From UHGV virus genome UHGV-0149030: a DNA stretch of 37,646 nt, one strand, 5' to 3'. This document shows positions 16,594-25,111 of the stretch, piece after piece. The notes under the pieces are model-generated. The model made no database searches and was not told the origin of the DNA. It saw only the letters and a list, made by a program, of their open reading frames with translations. Each line of letters starts with the position of its first letter. The stretch's first letter is position 1. The position numbers and the translations under genes are program-made. Source of the stretch: a virus.

Positions 16594-16777
16594 GAAGAAT
16601 ATTTTACCAGAAAAGTGGTAGCTTGTGATATGTGAGGTTACTTTGCCCCAAACATTGGTCACAATAAAAATATTTTATCATGAGTAAAGAAAGCTGCCAA
16701 TAAAAAAAGCCGGATTCCTCCGACCGTGGGTAATATTCTCGACACGAATATTATACCATAAACGGGGGAATCAAAGG

Positions 16778-17245
16778 ATGGTACTTTTTGACGTAAAGAA
16801 ATATGAAACACCAGATGCAAAGGACGTAGATATGGAGCAAACTAAACATAACGTCAGTGTGTTCCTGTCTGCCTATCTTGCTGCTAGATGTCGTGTTGGC
16901 CAGCCAAGGGAGCCAAAAGTAACAGCTTCATTCTCTTTGGTTCCACCATCAACGGCTAATAACACTTTTGAAGCCGAGCAGATGTTAATCCAGAAAGAAG
17001 AAGCACAAGAAGAGTTTGATTACCTTCATAAGCTTTTTGTTAGAGGCTATTCTGCAATTCAGCATCCGCACAAACCAGATGTTACCGAGCGAAGAAAAAG
17101 AATTTTCTATGACCGTTATATCAACGGCAATCCAATCTATCTAGCAGCGCAACGAAACTGTATTAGTGAAGAATCAGTAAAACAAGAATCTAATATGATC
17201 ATTGTTCAATTTGCTTCGGCACTGGAACTGGTTGCTTTTAAGTAG
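16778..17245 (+). CDS. ArpU-family late transcriptional activator (candidate)
   Basis: 155 aa. It sits immediately upstream of the packaging module, as ArpU/Alt-type regulators do in Firmicutes phages. The sequence resembles that family. Assigned by recognition only. Confidence 0.5.
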   Translation: MVLFDVKKYETPDAKDVDMEQTKHNVSVFLSAYLAARCRVGQPREPKVTASFSLVPPSTANNTFEAEQMLIQKEEAQEEFDYLHKLFVRGYSAIQHPHKPDVTERRKRIFYDRYINGNPIYLAAQRNCISEESVKQESNMIIVQFASALELVAFK

Positions 17246-17252
17246 CCATTTA

Positions 17253-17307
17253 TTACACTTTTTATACCTCTTTTATACACTTTATCTACACTTCATATAC
17301 CTTTGAA
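17253..17307. promoter_or_regulatory. Five tandem ~11-bp repeats (ttacacttttt / atacctctttt / atacactttat / ctacacttcat / atacctttgaa): candidate activator-binding array of the late promoter
   Basis: 11-bp phasing read directly. It follows the ArpU-like gene and lies upstream of the tRNA, HNH and terminase genes. Confidence 0.45.
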
Positions 17308-17546
17308 ACGGGTTATTATGATAGTGTCAAAAAAATAAGAAATGCGACACACTTACACAAATACATTAACGGAACGATTGCCTACTTATTTTTTTGATTT
17401 GAGATTACAAGGAAGTAAAAAAATTCTACTTTCTTCGTTTAGTCACTTGTGATCTCATTTAGATTCTCTCGCAAACTGCAAATTATAAAACTAAAGAAGT
17501 GAGGTGGATTTCCTCTCTCTTTTTTCTACAGGTTTGCGAGAGTTAA

Positions 17547-17618
17547 TGGAGCATAGCTTAATCGGTAGAGCAGCGGTCTCCAAAACCGTTAGTATAGGTT
17601 CGAGTCCTATTGTTCCAG
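17547..17618 (+). tRNA. tRNA-Trp (anticodon CCA), phage-encoded, no encoded CCA end
   Basis: Manual fold: acceptor TGGAGCA/TGTTCCA (one G-U), U8, D-arm GCTT-AATCGGTA-GAGC, anticodon arm GCGGT-CTCCAAA-ACCGT, variable TAGT, T-arm ATAGG-TTCGAGT-CCTAT, discriminator G. Confidence 0.55.
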
Positions 17619-17754
17619 TAAGTGGCATAAGCTACTTAAATAAAAGAATCGTCAATGAATGTTCGGACAAACAAATTGGCGCTACTACCTTTCACGAGGG
17701 CTGCATTTCTATGCAGTCCTTTTTACATAATCTTATAAGGAGGTTGTTACATCT

Positions 17755-18069
17755 ATGAGTAAAAAAGAACAGATTAAAAAGCAACAAGCACAGTTCTTAG
17801 AAATCATGAAGAAGGTTCGTGAAGAGAAAGATATAGATGCGCTTGCAGAACTGTTTATTGAAATCATTTCGGTATATGGGCTGAAGATGGATGAGACATC
17901 AGCATTACTTTATTACGTTCAGAAAGAAACACTTGAAGCAGATCACAATGCACAGTTCTTAAAAGAACGATTGAAACTTGATGTTACGTCGCTAGGTATT
18001 GAAGGTGTGCTGCAAGTGCAACGTGCTTTGGTTAATACTTATCTTTCTAATATTGCCAACAATGATTGA
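17755..18069 (+). CDS. Hypothetical protein
   Basis: RBS TAAGGAGG. Confidence 0.5.
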   Translation: MSKKEQIKKQQAQFLEIMKKVREEKDIDALAELFIEIISVYGLKMDETSALLYYVQKETLEADHNAQFLKERLKLDVTSLGIEGVLQVQRALVNTYLSNIANND

Positions 18070-18373
18070 TGTATCATCCAAACAAGCACGAGCAAAGTTC
18101 TATGGCTCATCAGAGTGGAGAAGATTAAGACAGCAGTGTTTAGAGCGTGACCATTACGAGTGTCAATGGTGTAAGGAACAAGGCAAGCTAACAACTCAAT
18201 ATGATTCAATACTTGAAGTGGATCATATTAAAGAGTTGGAGTATTATCCACAGCATGCCTTAGATATTGATAACCTACGCACACTGTGCAAGGATTGTCA
18301 CAACAAACGGCACGACAGATTTAACTATAGAGAATCGAAAAGAAAAAAGAAATGGGATGATGAATGGTGGTAA
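18062..18373 (+). CDS. HNH endonuclease (terminase-associated)
   Basis: CQWC..DHIKELEYYPQHALDIDNLRTLCKDCHNKRH is a canonical HNH motif with a zinc-binding Cys quartet. Start chosen at MIDVSS (18062); the track ORF starts at 17999. Confidence 0.85.
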   Translation: MIDVSSKQARAKFYGSSEWRRLRQQCLERDHYECQWCKEQGKLTTQYDSILEVDHIKELEYYPQHALDIDNLRTLCKDCHNKRHDRFNYRESKRKKKWDDEWW

Positions 18374-19089
18374 AGAAATGTTTGAAAGATTATGTGGAAG
18401 ATGGAAGATACACGATTGTTGTTGCTCCTAGTATGAAGTCATTAATGATTAAAATTAAGGAACTATATCCTACGGCAGTAGTAACGACTTCTGATGCTGA
18501 TGGGATCGGAGGTAAGAAACTCCTGGTTGATAAATGGGCGGCTGATGGGCTAGGTCTCAAAGCAGCATTACCAAAGTACAGAACCCAAGATGTTGTATAC
18601 GAAAACTTCACAAAGCAATTTGTTGAAGGCGGTAATGTAACTGTTAACTTTTCTTCGAAGTTACATGAGGGATGGGAGAAGGCATTTAATCAAATTAAAC
18701 AAACTACTAGTGAAAGTTTAAGGAGTTCTTTTATTGGATATGTAGCAGGTATTCATGCTCATCCTTACAAAGAACAAGGTGATGAAGACTACATGGATTA
18801 TGGCAAGCAGTTTTTCGAAGGTAATGTTTGGAAACAAAAGCGACAGGATATCTTGGATTCGAATAAACCATTAACCAAAGAAGATGTAAGCTTCTATTTA
18901 AACGGGAAAGTTCCTAAACTTTACATCAAAGGCCAAGAGGTTGGGGTTGCATCTATGACTGCACATTATGTTACTGACAGTGATATGCCAGGAACAAATG
19001 TAATCACATTTGTTTATATGACAAAAGATGATCCTAGAAACAAAGTCTTGTCGATCGATCTTAATAACGGAAGGGTGTTTAATCAATGA
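18364..19089 (+). CDS. Hypothetical 241-aa protein of unrecognised family, inserted between HNH and terS
   Basis: Long ORF overlapping the HNH stop (gaATGGTGGTAAag). Confidence 0.55.
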   Translation: MVVKKCLKDYVEDGRYTIVVAPSMKSLMIKIKELYPTAVVTTSDADGIGGKKLLVDKWAADGLGLKAALPKYRTQDVVYENFTKQFVEGGNVTVNFSSKLHEGWEKAFNQIKQTTSESLRSSFIGYVAGIHAHPYKEQGDEDYMDYGKQFFEGNVWKQKRQDILDSNKPLTKEDVSFYLNGKVPKLYIKGQEVGVASMTAHYVTDSDMPGTNVITFVYMTKDDPRNKVLSIDLNNGRVFNQ

Positions 19090-19352
19090 GTACTGATGAA
19101 AGAACATTTATAAAAGAAGGATCAGCAATTCGAAATCTAAATGAATCCAGCCACGATGCCAGCGCTTGGATTCAAGATACAATTGATAAGTTGAATTCAT
19201 TTAAGCAACGAGTTGATGATGGTCATGTGATCATAATGGGTGGGGACTACAATGAAACTCATCCAGCACCAGACAGAGAACAGGTAACGTACGATTACAT
19301 CTCATTGTCGATCGACTTCGTGGAAACCAAATCCCAAAACAGAACTGAATAA
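19086..19352 (+). CDS. Hypothetical protein (88 aa)
   Basis: ATGA overlap with the previous gene. Confidence 0.45.
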   Translation: MSTDERTFIKEGSAIRNLNESSHDASAWIQDTIDKLNSFKQRVDDGHVIIMGGDYNETHPAPDREQVTYDYISLSIDFVETKSQNRTE

Positions 19353-19497
19353 TAAATGAAAGTGGGGACTAACATACCCCCAGTCGAATTATTTTGGGGT
19401 CAAATCCCAATCTAGGGAACCGGTGGATGGGGTCAACTGTCCAAATATAAGAGATAATTTTTTTATTAGGGGGGTGTAGGACATTAGGATAGCAGAT
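19353..19497. other. G-rich structured non-coding region upstream of terS with two GGGGTCAA repeats: candidate cos / terminase recognition site
   Basis: gtggggact..ccccca, ttggggtcaaatcccaa, ggtggatggggtcaact, aggggggtg in an otherwise AT-rich genome. The HNH+TerS+TerL arrangement is typical of cos phages. Confidence 0.4.
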
Positions 19498-19797
19498 TTG
19501 AAAAAACAATTATTAAAACAAATTGATGAAAATGATCAGATTGAACTTGAAAAAGTTGAAAGATATATTGATTTAGTAAAGCTTTATCGGAAAATGAATA
19601 GTTCAATAACTAAATTCGGAGCAATAGTTGAGGTGGAAAATGGTACGCAAAAATTTGTAAAACCTAATCCTGCAATCGCTGAAAAAGTGAAAATATCTCG
19701 TGCATTAATAACGCTTGGTAAAGATTTAAATTTGGATCCACTGGATCAAACGATTACCGCTCCAGATGATGATTATGATGAGAGTGATTTAACATGA
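19498..19797 (+). CDS. terS: Terminase small subunit (P27-family-like), TTG start
   Basis: 99 aa immediately upstream of and overlapping terL. SD TAGGAT 7 nt before the TTG. Confidence 0.65.
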   Translation: MKKQLLKQIDENDQIELEKVERYIDLVKLYRKMNSSITKFGAIVEVENGTQKFVKPNPAIAEKVKISRALITLGKDLNLDPLDQTITAPDDDYDESDLT

Positions 19798-21476
19798 TAC
19801 ATCAAAAACACGTTGATTTTTATATTAATCAATTCAAAACTGGTCAGATTAAATTCAATCAGGAGCGGAAGGATTTAATTGAATATTTAGAGCGTGATGT
19901 ACTCAGTCGTGACGATGTTTATTTTGATGATGAGATGATTGATAAATGTATCGCCTATGGAGAGAAATGGTTTTTTCCAATGCAGCCATTCCAAAAATTT
20001 TTAATTGCGTTTGTCTTTTTCTTTTTCAAGAAAAATGACCGTCGGGTGTATAGAAAGTTTCTTTGGATGTTTGGACGTGGGGGTGGCAAGAATGGTTTGC
20101 TATCTGTGGTTCTAAACTTTTTACAAACCGAGGTACATGGAATAATGGATTACAACATATCGATTGTTGCAAACTCAGAGGAGCAAGCTAAGACGTCATT
20201 TGAAGAAATTTACAATACAATCAAACGAAATAAAACGTTGCAGAAAGCTTTTGAATATGGAAAATCAGTTATCACAAGCAAGAAAACTGGCAGCAAACTT
20301 AAGTATCGAACGAGCAACGGAGAAACAAAAGATGGTTTGCGAGATGGCGCAGTAGCATTCGATGAAATTCATCGGTACGAATCGAATAAAGATGTAAAGG
20401 TCCATATTAGTGGTTTGGGCAAAAAACCAAATTCAAGGGAGTTTTATTCTGGAACTGACGGATATGTTCGAGAAGGGTTCTTGGATAGTATGAAAGAAAA
20501 AGCGAAAAGAGTGTTGAATGGTTCAGTCCGTTTCAATGCTCTTTTTCCATTCATTTGTAAACTTGATTCAGAAGATCAAGTGAATAATCCTGAAAACTGG
20601 GAACTTGCGAACCCGATGTTTCATAAACCGTTATCTAATTATGCTGAAGAACTGTATGAAACGATCATGGAAGAATATGAGGACTTAGAAGACGATCCAA
20701 GTAACAGGGAAGAATTCATGACTAAACGTATGAATTTACCTGTCACAGACTTAGAAAGATCGGTGGCTAGTCGTGAAGAAATTCTAGCGACCAACAGACC
20801 ATTCCCAACTAACCTAATTGGAAAACAAGCCATTGGCGGTTTAGACTATGCCAGTCTGCGTGATTTCGCCGCCTGTGGACTTTTGTTTCGTGATGGGGAT
20901 GATTATGTATTCAAGACCCATTCGTTCGTTAGAAAGCAATTTGTGGACATTTACTATGGATATTCTCGTAAGGCTTCTGAAACCACAAAAGAAAAATTTG
21001 CGCCGATACGTGAATGGGAAGAAAAAGGATTACTAACGGTCATAGATGGCCCCACAATTGATCCTAAAACAGTCGTTGGTTGGTTTGTTGAACAACGGGA
21101 AAAATATGGCATAACAAAAGTAGTAGCTGATAATTTTCGTATGGATCTTTTGCGCCCTTTGTTTTTGAAAGAAGGCTTCGAAATCGAAGTAATCAGGAAT
21201 CCAACAGCTGCTGATAATTTGCTAGCACCTAGAATTGAAGATGCTTTTGCTAACAATCACATTATTTTTGGCGATAATCCGCTCATGCGTTGGTATACAA
21301 ACAATGTACTTGTTAAGACCAATGGCGATGGTAATAAATCATATAAGAAGAAAGAAGAGGTAAGGCGTAAGACAGACGGATTCAAGGCTTTTGAATATTG
21401 TTTATGGCGTGTTGATGAAATCGTAAATTACAACTATGAAGATGCCTTTGACATATTGGATGAAATTGAGTTTTAG
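19794..21476 (+). CDS. terL: Terminase large subunit
   Basis: 560 aa. ATPase P-loop-like FGRGGGKNG. Size and position are typical. Confidence 0.85.
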   Translation: MIHQKHVDFYINQFKTGQIKFNQERKDLIEYLERDVLSRDDVYFDDEMIDKCIAYGEKWFFPMQPFQKFLIAFVFFFFKKNDRRVYRKFLWMFGRGGGKNGLLSVVLNFLQTEVHGIMDYNISIVANSEEQAKTSFEEIYNTIKRNKTLQKAFEYGKSVITSKKTGSKLKYRTSNGETKDGLRDGAVAFDEIHRYESNKDVKVHISGLGKKPNSREFYSGTDGYVREGFLDSMKEKAKRVLNGSVRFNALFPFICKLDSEDQVNNPENWELANPMFHKPLSNYAEELYETIMEEYEDLEDDPSNREEFMTKRMNLPVTDLERSVASREEILATNRPFPTNLIGKQAIGGLDYASLRDFAACGLLFRDGDDYVFKTHSFVRKQFVDIYYGYSRKASETTKEKFAPIREWEEKGLLTVIDGPTIDPKTVVGWFVEQREKYGITKVVADNFRMDLLRPLFLKEGFEIEVIRNPTAADNLLAPRIEDAFANNHIIFGDNPLMRWYTNNVLVKTNGDGNKSYKKKEEVRRKTDGFKAFEYCLWRVDEIVNYNYEDAFDILDEIEF

Positions 21477-21509
21477 AAAAGAGCTAGGTGCTAGCCTAGC
21501 TCTAGTAAA

Positions 21510-21677
21510 TTACTTTTTAGTCCATTTATTACCGGGCTTTTGAGTTGGGGGTAATCTATCACCAGAATCGATTTTAACTTCTCTTGGTTTTGATACTTCG
21601 CCACCTCTAGGACCGACTTCTTTATAAGTACCTGGTCTTTGGTTGTCTGTGCCAGGCGGTATTAATTTGTCTGCCAT
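21510..21677 (-). CDS. Small Lys/Pro/Gly-rich protein (55 aa), opposite strand, not in the ORF track. Resembles small Firmicutes stress-associated proteins (possibly YjzC-like; uncertain).
   Basis: Strong RBS AAGGAGGA 8 nt before the ATG. MADKLIPPGTDNQRPGTYKEVGPRGGEVSKPREVKIDSGDRLPPTQKPGNKWTKK. Its own consensus promoter is upstream. Confidence 0.55.
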   Translation of the reverse strand: MADKLIPPGTDNQRPGTYKEVGPRGGEVSKPREVKIDSGDRLPPTQKPGNKWTKK

Positions 21678-21726
21678 AGTGAGTATCCTCCTTGCTTTAT
21701 TTCAGTTTATTACAACTGATAACTTT

Positions 21727-21754
21727 ATTATATCACCTATGGTAATGCTTACAA
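21727..21754 (-). promoter_or_regulatory. Near-consensus sigma-A promoter on the minus strand: TTGTAA-16-TGaTATAAT (extended -10)
   Basis: Reverse complement of ttacaa(21749..21754) ... attata(21727..21732). Drives the 21510..21677 gene. Confidence 0.55.
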
Positions 21755-21782
21755 ATTAAATCTTAGAAAGGAAGTAATTATT

Positions 21783-21950
21783 ATGTATAAACCGCAATAT
21801 CTAAACATTGTTAGAACAACAAAATCAGCTTATGGCAACAATATTGCTTATTTCAAAAAGACATTTGTTGCTCATAACGGCTATAAGTGGGATGTACCAA
21901 CGAAAAAAGAAAATAAATCAGGTCGTCATTTTTTAGGAAAAATAAAATAA
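21783..21950 (+). CDS. Small basic protein (55 aa), not in the ORF track
   Basis: RBS AAAGGAAG 9 nt before the ATG. MYKPQYLNIVRTTKSAYGNNIAYFKKTFVAHNGYKWDVPTKKENKSGRHFLGKIK. Confidence 0.45.
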   Translation: MYKPQYLNIVRTTKSAYGNNIAYFKKTFVAHNGYKWDVPTKKENKSGRHFLGKIK

Positions 21951-21981
21951 CGTGTAACTACAACAGAAAGGGGGTGAATGA

Positions 21982-23145
21982 GTGAGTTTATTCGATGTCT
22001 TCAAACTATCAGTAAAAAATGAAGAACCGTCCGACTGGCTTCCAGATTTTGTTGCAGGGGATGAATTAGCTACACGGTCATATTTAAAAATAATGGCTAA
22101 AAATACCGTTATAGATTTTGTTTCAAGGACTATGTCCACATTAGAAATAAAATTCAAAAGTACGGGAATGGAAGATTGGGACTATATATTAAACGTTCGG
22201 CCTAACTCGGATATGTCTGCTACCACATTTTGGCAAACCTTCTTCTTTCGCTTGTTAGATGAAAATGAAGTGTTGGTTATTTTAAAAGATGACCAACTTT
22301 TAATAGCTGATGACTATACAAGAGAACAAAAAACAATCACAGATGATTGCTTTACCAACGTTTACGTTAAAGATCAAGTGTTTACAGAAAAATTTTACAT
22401 GTCAGATGTTATTTATTTAAAGTACAACAGTAAAGAGCTTGATTCATTTACTAAGGGTTTATTTAATGACTATTCGGAATTGTTCGGACGAATACTAGAA
22501 ATCTCCATGCGAAATAATCAGATTCGTGGTTCTGTTTCAATTGAAGCCACTGGATCAATGAATGAAGAAAAAGGAAAAGATGGCAAAACACGTTCGGAAA
22601 GATTACAAGAGTATGTAAATAAAATTTATCACGCTTTTAGCACTAAAGCAGTTGCTATAGTACCAAAAGTTAAAGGATTTGATTATGAAGAATATACGAA
22701 CAAACAAGGTTCTTCTAATCAGTCTCTTGAGGAATTAAATAAAATGAAATCATCGTTAATTGATGATGTAGCCAACGCCATAGGGGTACCTACGGCGCTT
22801 ATTTATGGTGAAAAATCAGAACTTGATTCCAATATCAAAGCTTTTAGAAAACTATGTATTATTCCTTTAATGAAAAAGCTGCAAGATGAATTAACTGCAA
22901 AAGTTCTTACACGCCAAGAGTATAAAAATGGCGAACGAATTAAAGTAACTAAAGTTTTACCTGTAAGTATTCTAGAAAATGCAACTCAAATTGACAAAAT
23001 CGTCTCTAGTGGAACATTCCTAAGAGATGAAGTGAGGGAAGAAACGGATTATGATTCGTTGCCAGATGGAGAAGGTAAGAAGCTAATTATGACTAAAAAT
23101 TATGCACTCGTGAAAGGGGGTGAGGAAGAGAATGACAAAGACTAA
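21982..23145 (+). CDS. Portal protein (HK97-like), GTG start
   Basis: 387 aa, positioned between terL and the prohead protease. RBS GGGGGTGA. Confidence 0.8.
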   Translation: MSLFDVFKLSVKNEEPSDWLPDFVAGDELATRSYLKIMAKNTVIDFVSRTMSTLEIKFKSTGMEDWDYILNVRPNSDMSATTFWQTFFFRLLDENEVLVILKDDQLLIADDYTREQKTITDDCFTNVYVKDQVFTEKFYMSDVIYLKYNSKELDSFTKGLFNDYSELFGRILEISMRNNQIRGSVSIEATGSMNEEKGKDGKTRSERLQEYVNKIYHAFSTKAVAIVPKVKGFDYEEYTNKQGSSNQSLEELNKMKSSLIDDVANAIGVPTALIYGEKSELDSNIKAFRKLCIIPLMKKLQDELTAKVLTRQEYKNGERIKVTKVLPVSILENATQIDKIVSSGTFLRDEVREETDYDSLPDGEGKKLIMTKNYALVKGGEEENDKD

Positions 23146-23851
23146 AAACGTGCCGTTTCAGTTTTCTAACGAGTTAGTTGAAGGTAAAAGAGTTTTGACT
23201 CTTTCGGGAAATATCAGAAAAAAATATTGGTCCGATGATGATGTTATTGATGCGAAGAGCATCAGGGAAACTTTAGATGGAGTGACAGACGATATTACCA
23301 TTAAATTAAATAGCCCAGGCGGAGATGTATTTGAAGGTGTTGAAATTTACAATTATTTAAAAGATCACCCCTCAAAAGTAACGGTAGAAGTTACCGGTGT
23401 AGCAGCTTCAGCAGCAACATTCATTCTGTCGGCAGCTGATGAAGCAATCATGAATGTAGGGACTTCAGTTATGATTCATGAGGCTTCAACTTTTACATGG
23501 GGAAATAAACAAGACATTCAAAAGACTTTGAATGCTTTGGAAACTATCGATGATTCCATTCTTTCAATTTATTCACAAAAAACAGGTCAAACAACAGATC
23601 AATTAGAAACATGGATGAGGGAAGAAAAATGGTTCACAGCTGAAGAAGCTGTAGAATATGGTTTTGCAACAGAAGTTAAGAAAAACACCGAAAAAAATTC
23701 AACTGATTCAAAGGAAAATATAGCTGAAATGGTGAAAAATGCTGTTGCGGAAGCTATGTCTTTAAACCAACAAGCTGTGACGAATGAAGCAAAACAAGAA
23801 TCAAAACCAAAACAAAAATCTTTAATAAATAGATTAACTAAAGGAGCATGA
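23132..23851 (+). CDS. ClpP-family prohead maturation protease
   Basis: ..NSPGGDVFEG.EIYN.., GVAASAATFIL, IHEAST. Start chosen at MTKTKN after RBS GGGGGTGAGGA. Confidence 0.85.
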   Translation: MTKTKNVPFQFSNELVEGKRVLTLSGNIRKKYWSDDDVIDAKSIRETLDGVTDDITIKLNSPGGDVFEGVEIYNYLKDHPSKVTVEVTGVAASAATFILSAADEAIMNVGTSVMIHEASTFTWGNKQDIQKTLNALETIDDSILSIYSQKTGQTTDQLETWMREEKWFTAEEAVEYGFATEVKKNTEKNSTDSKENIAEMVKNAVAEAMSLNQQAVTNEAKQESKPKQKSLINRLTKGA

Positions 23852-23853
23852 TT

Positions 23854-25035
23854 ATGACATTAACATTAAAAAACAAAACAGATGAAGCGAAGAAACAATT
23901 TAATGCAGTATCAACAAATGAAGAGGCGACACCAGAACAGGTAAATGCTGCTTTAGAAGCATATGTTACTGCTGTTGCAGAAGATGCAGGAAAGCAAGTA
24001 CGAGCTGAATATGAAGAGCTGAAAAATGTAACAGATAACCGTGTGCTTGAAGCTCGTGGCATTCACACTTTAACTAATGAAGAAACAAAATTTTATAACG
24101 AAGTTGAAAAAGCGGGTGGATTTAATGAAGATTTAGTCTGGCCAGAAACAATTTTAGAACGTGTTTTTGAAGGTTTACAAGAAGAACGTCCATTGTTAAA
24201 AATTATTAATTTTACCCCTTCAGTAGGTAAAACTAAAATTACACGTTCTCGTCGTAAAGGTGTAGCGGTATGGGGGCCACTTCATAAAGATATTGAAGGG
24301 AAATTAGATGCACAATTTGGTGCAACAGAATTTAATCAATTGGCTTTAACAGCGTTTTTCTTAATTTCAAATGACACTTTAGAATTAGGTCCACGCTGGG
24401 TTGACCGATACGTTCGTTTATGTTTATCTGAAGCAATCGCAGAAGCATGGGAAAAAGCAATTATCAATGGGTCTGGTCATAATCAACCTATTGGACTAAC
24501 AAAAGATATGAATGCGGCAATTGATCCGACAAATGGATATGCTGATAAAGAATCAGCAGGGATCTTAACTTTTAAAGATTCACAGACAATGGTTAAAGAA
24601 TTCGCAATGTTATTGAAGAAAGCTTCTAAATATACCGATAAAGTCGGCGATGACGACGAGGGAGAGGAAAAAACAAGAAAAGTTAAAGGGAATGTATACT
24701 TAATTGTTAATCCATTGAACTATTACGATATTGTTGCTCGTGTCACTACGCAAAATGCAAATGGCGTATTCGTTTCAAACTTACCATTTATTTCTGAAGA
24801 CCATATCATTGAATCTTTAGAAGTAAAAGAGAATAAATTGATTGCTTTTGTTGGTGGAGAATATGATGCTACGCAATCACGTGCAGAAAAAGTCTATGTT
24901 TATAAAGAAACATTTGCAATGAAACGTGCAACATTATACGCTGCCGACTTATTGGGCAATGGTGAGCCAGCTGATAACGATGCAGCGCAAATTTATGATA
25001 TTAAAATTGACGATGGAGAACCAGCAACAAAGTAA
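23854..25035 (+). CDS. Major capsid protein (HK97 fold family)
   Basis: ~390 aa immediately after the protease. The N-terminal scaffold-like helical delta region is rich in E/K/A. Confidence 0.85.
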   Translation: MTLTLKNKTDEAKKQFNAVSTNEEATPEQVNAALEAYVTAVAEDAGKQVRAEYEELKNVTDNRVLEARGIHTLTNEETKFYNEVEKAGGFNEDLVWPETILERVFEGLQEERPLLKIINFTPSVGKTKITRSRRKGVAVWGPLHKDIEGKLDAQFGATEFNQLALTAFFLISNDTLELGPRWVDRYVRLCLSEAIAEAWEKAIINGSGHNQPIGLTKDMNAAIDPTNGYADKESAGILTFKDSQTMVKEFAMLLKKASKYTDKVGDDDEGEEKTRKVKGNVYLIVNPLNYYDIVARVTTQNANGVFVSNLPFISEDHIIESLEVKENKLIAFVGGEYDATQSRAEKVYVYKETFAMKRATLYAADLLGNGEPADNDAAQIYDIKIDDGEPATK

Positions 25036-25038
25036 ACA

Positions 25039-25077
25039 CCCCTGTTGTTAATAAGATAAACCCAACAACAGATGGGG
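25039..25077 (+). other. Stem-loop (cccctgttgtt..aacaacagatgggg) after the capsid gene, with a conserved 3' motif shared with 27189..27228
   Basis: Read directly. No T-tract follows it. Confidence 0.5.
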
Positions 25078-25111
25078 CAACTATCGATTTGAAATAGCAC
25101 GGGGGGATTAG

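Noticed and set aside
17504-17758. 84-aa ORF overlapping the tRNA
   Set aside because: Its sequence is the tRNA-Trp cloverleaf plus downstream leader, with no RBS. Explained by the RNA gene.
21933-22157. 74-aa minus-strand ORF over the portal start
   Set aside because: Overlaps the portal gene start and RBS. No RBS of its own.
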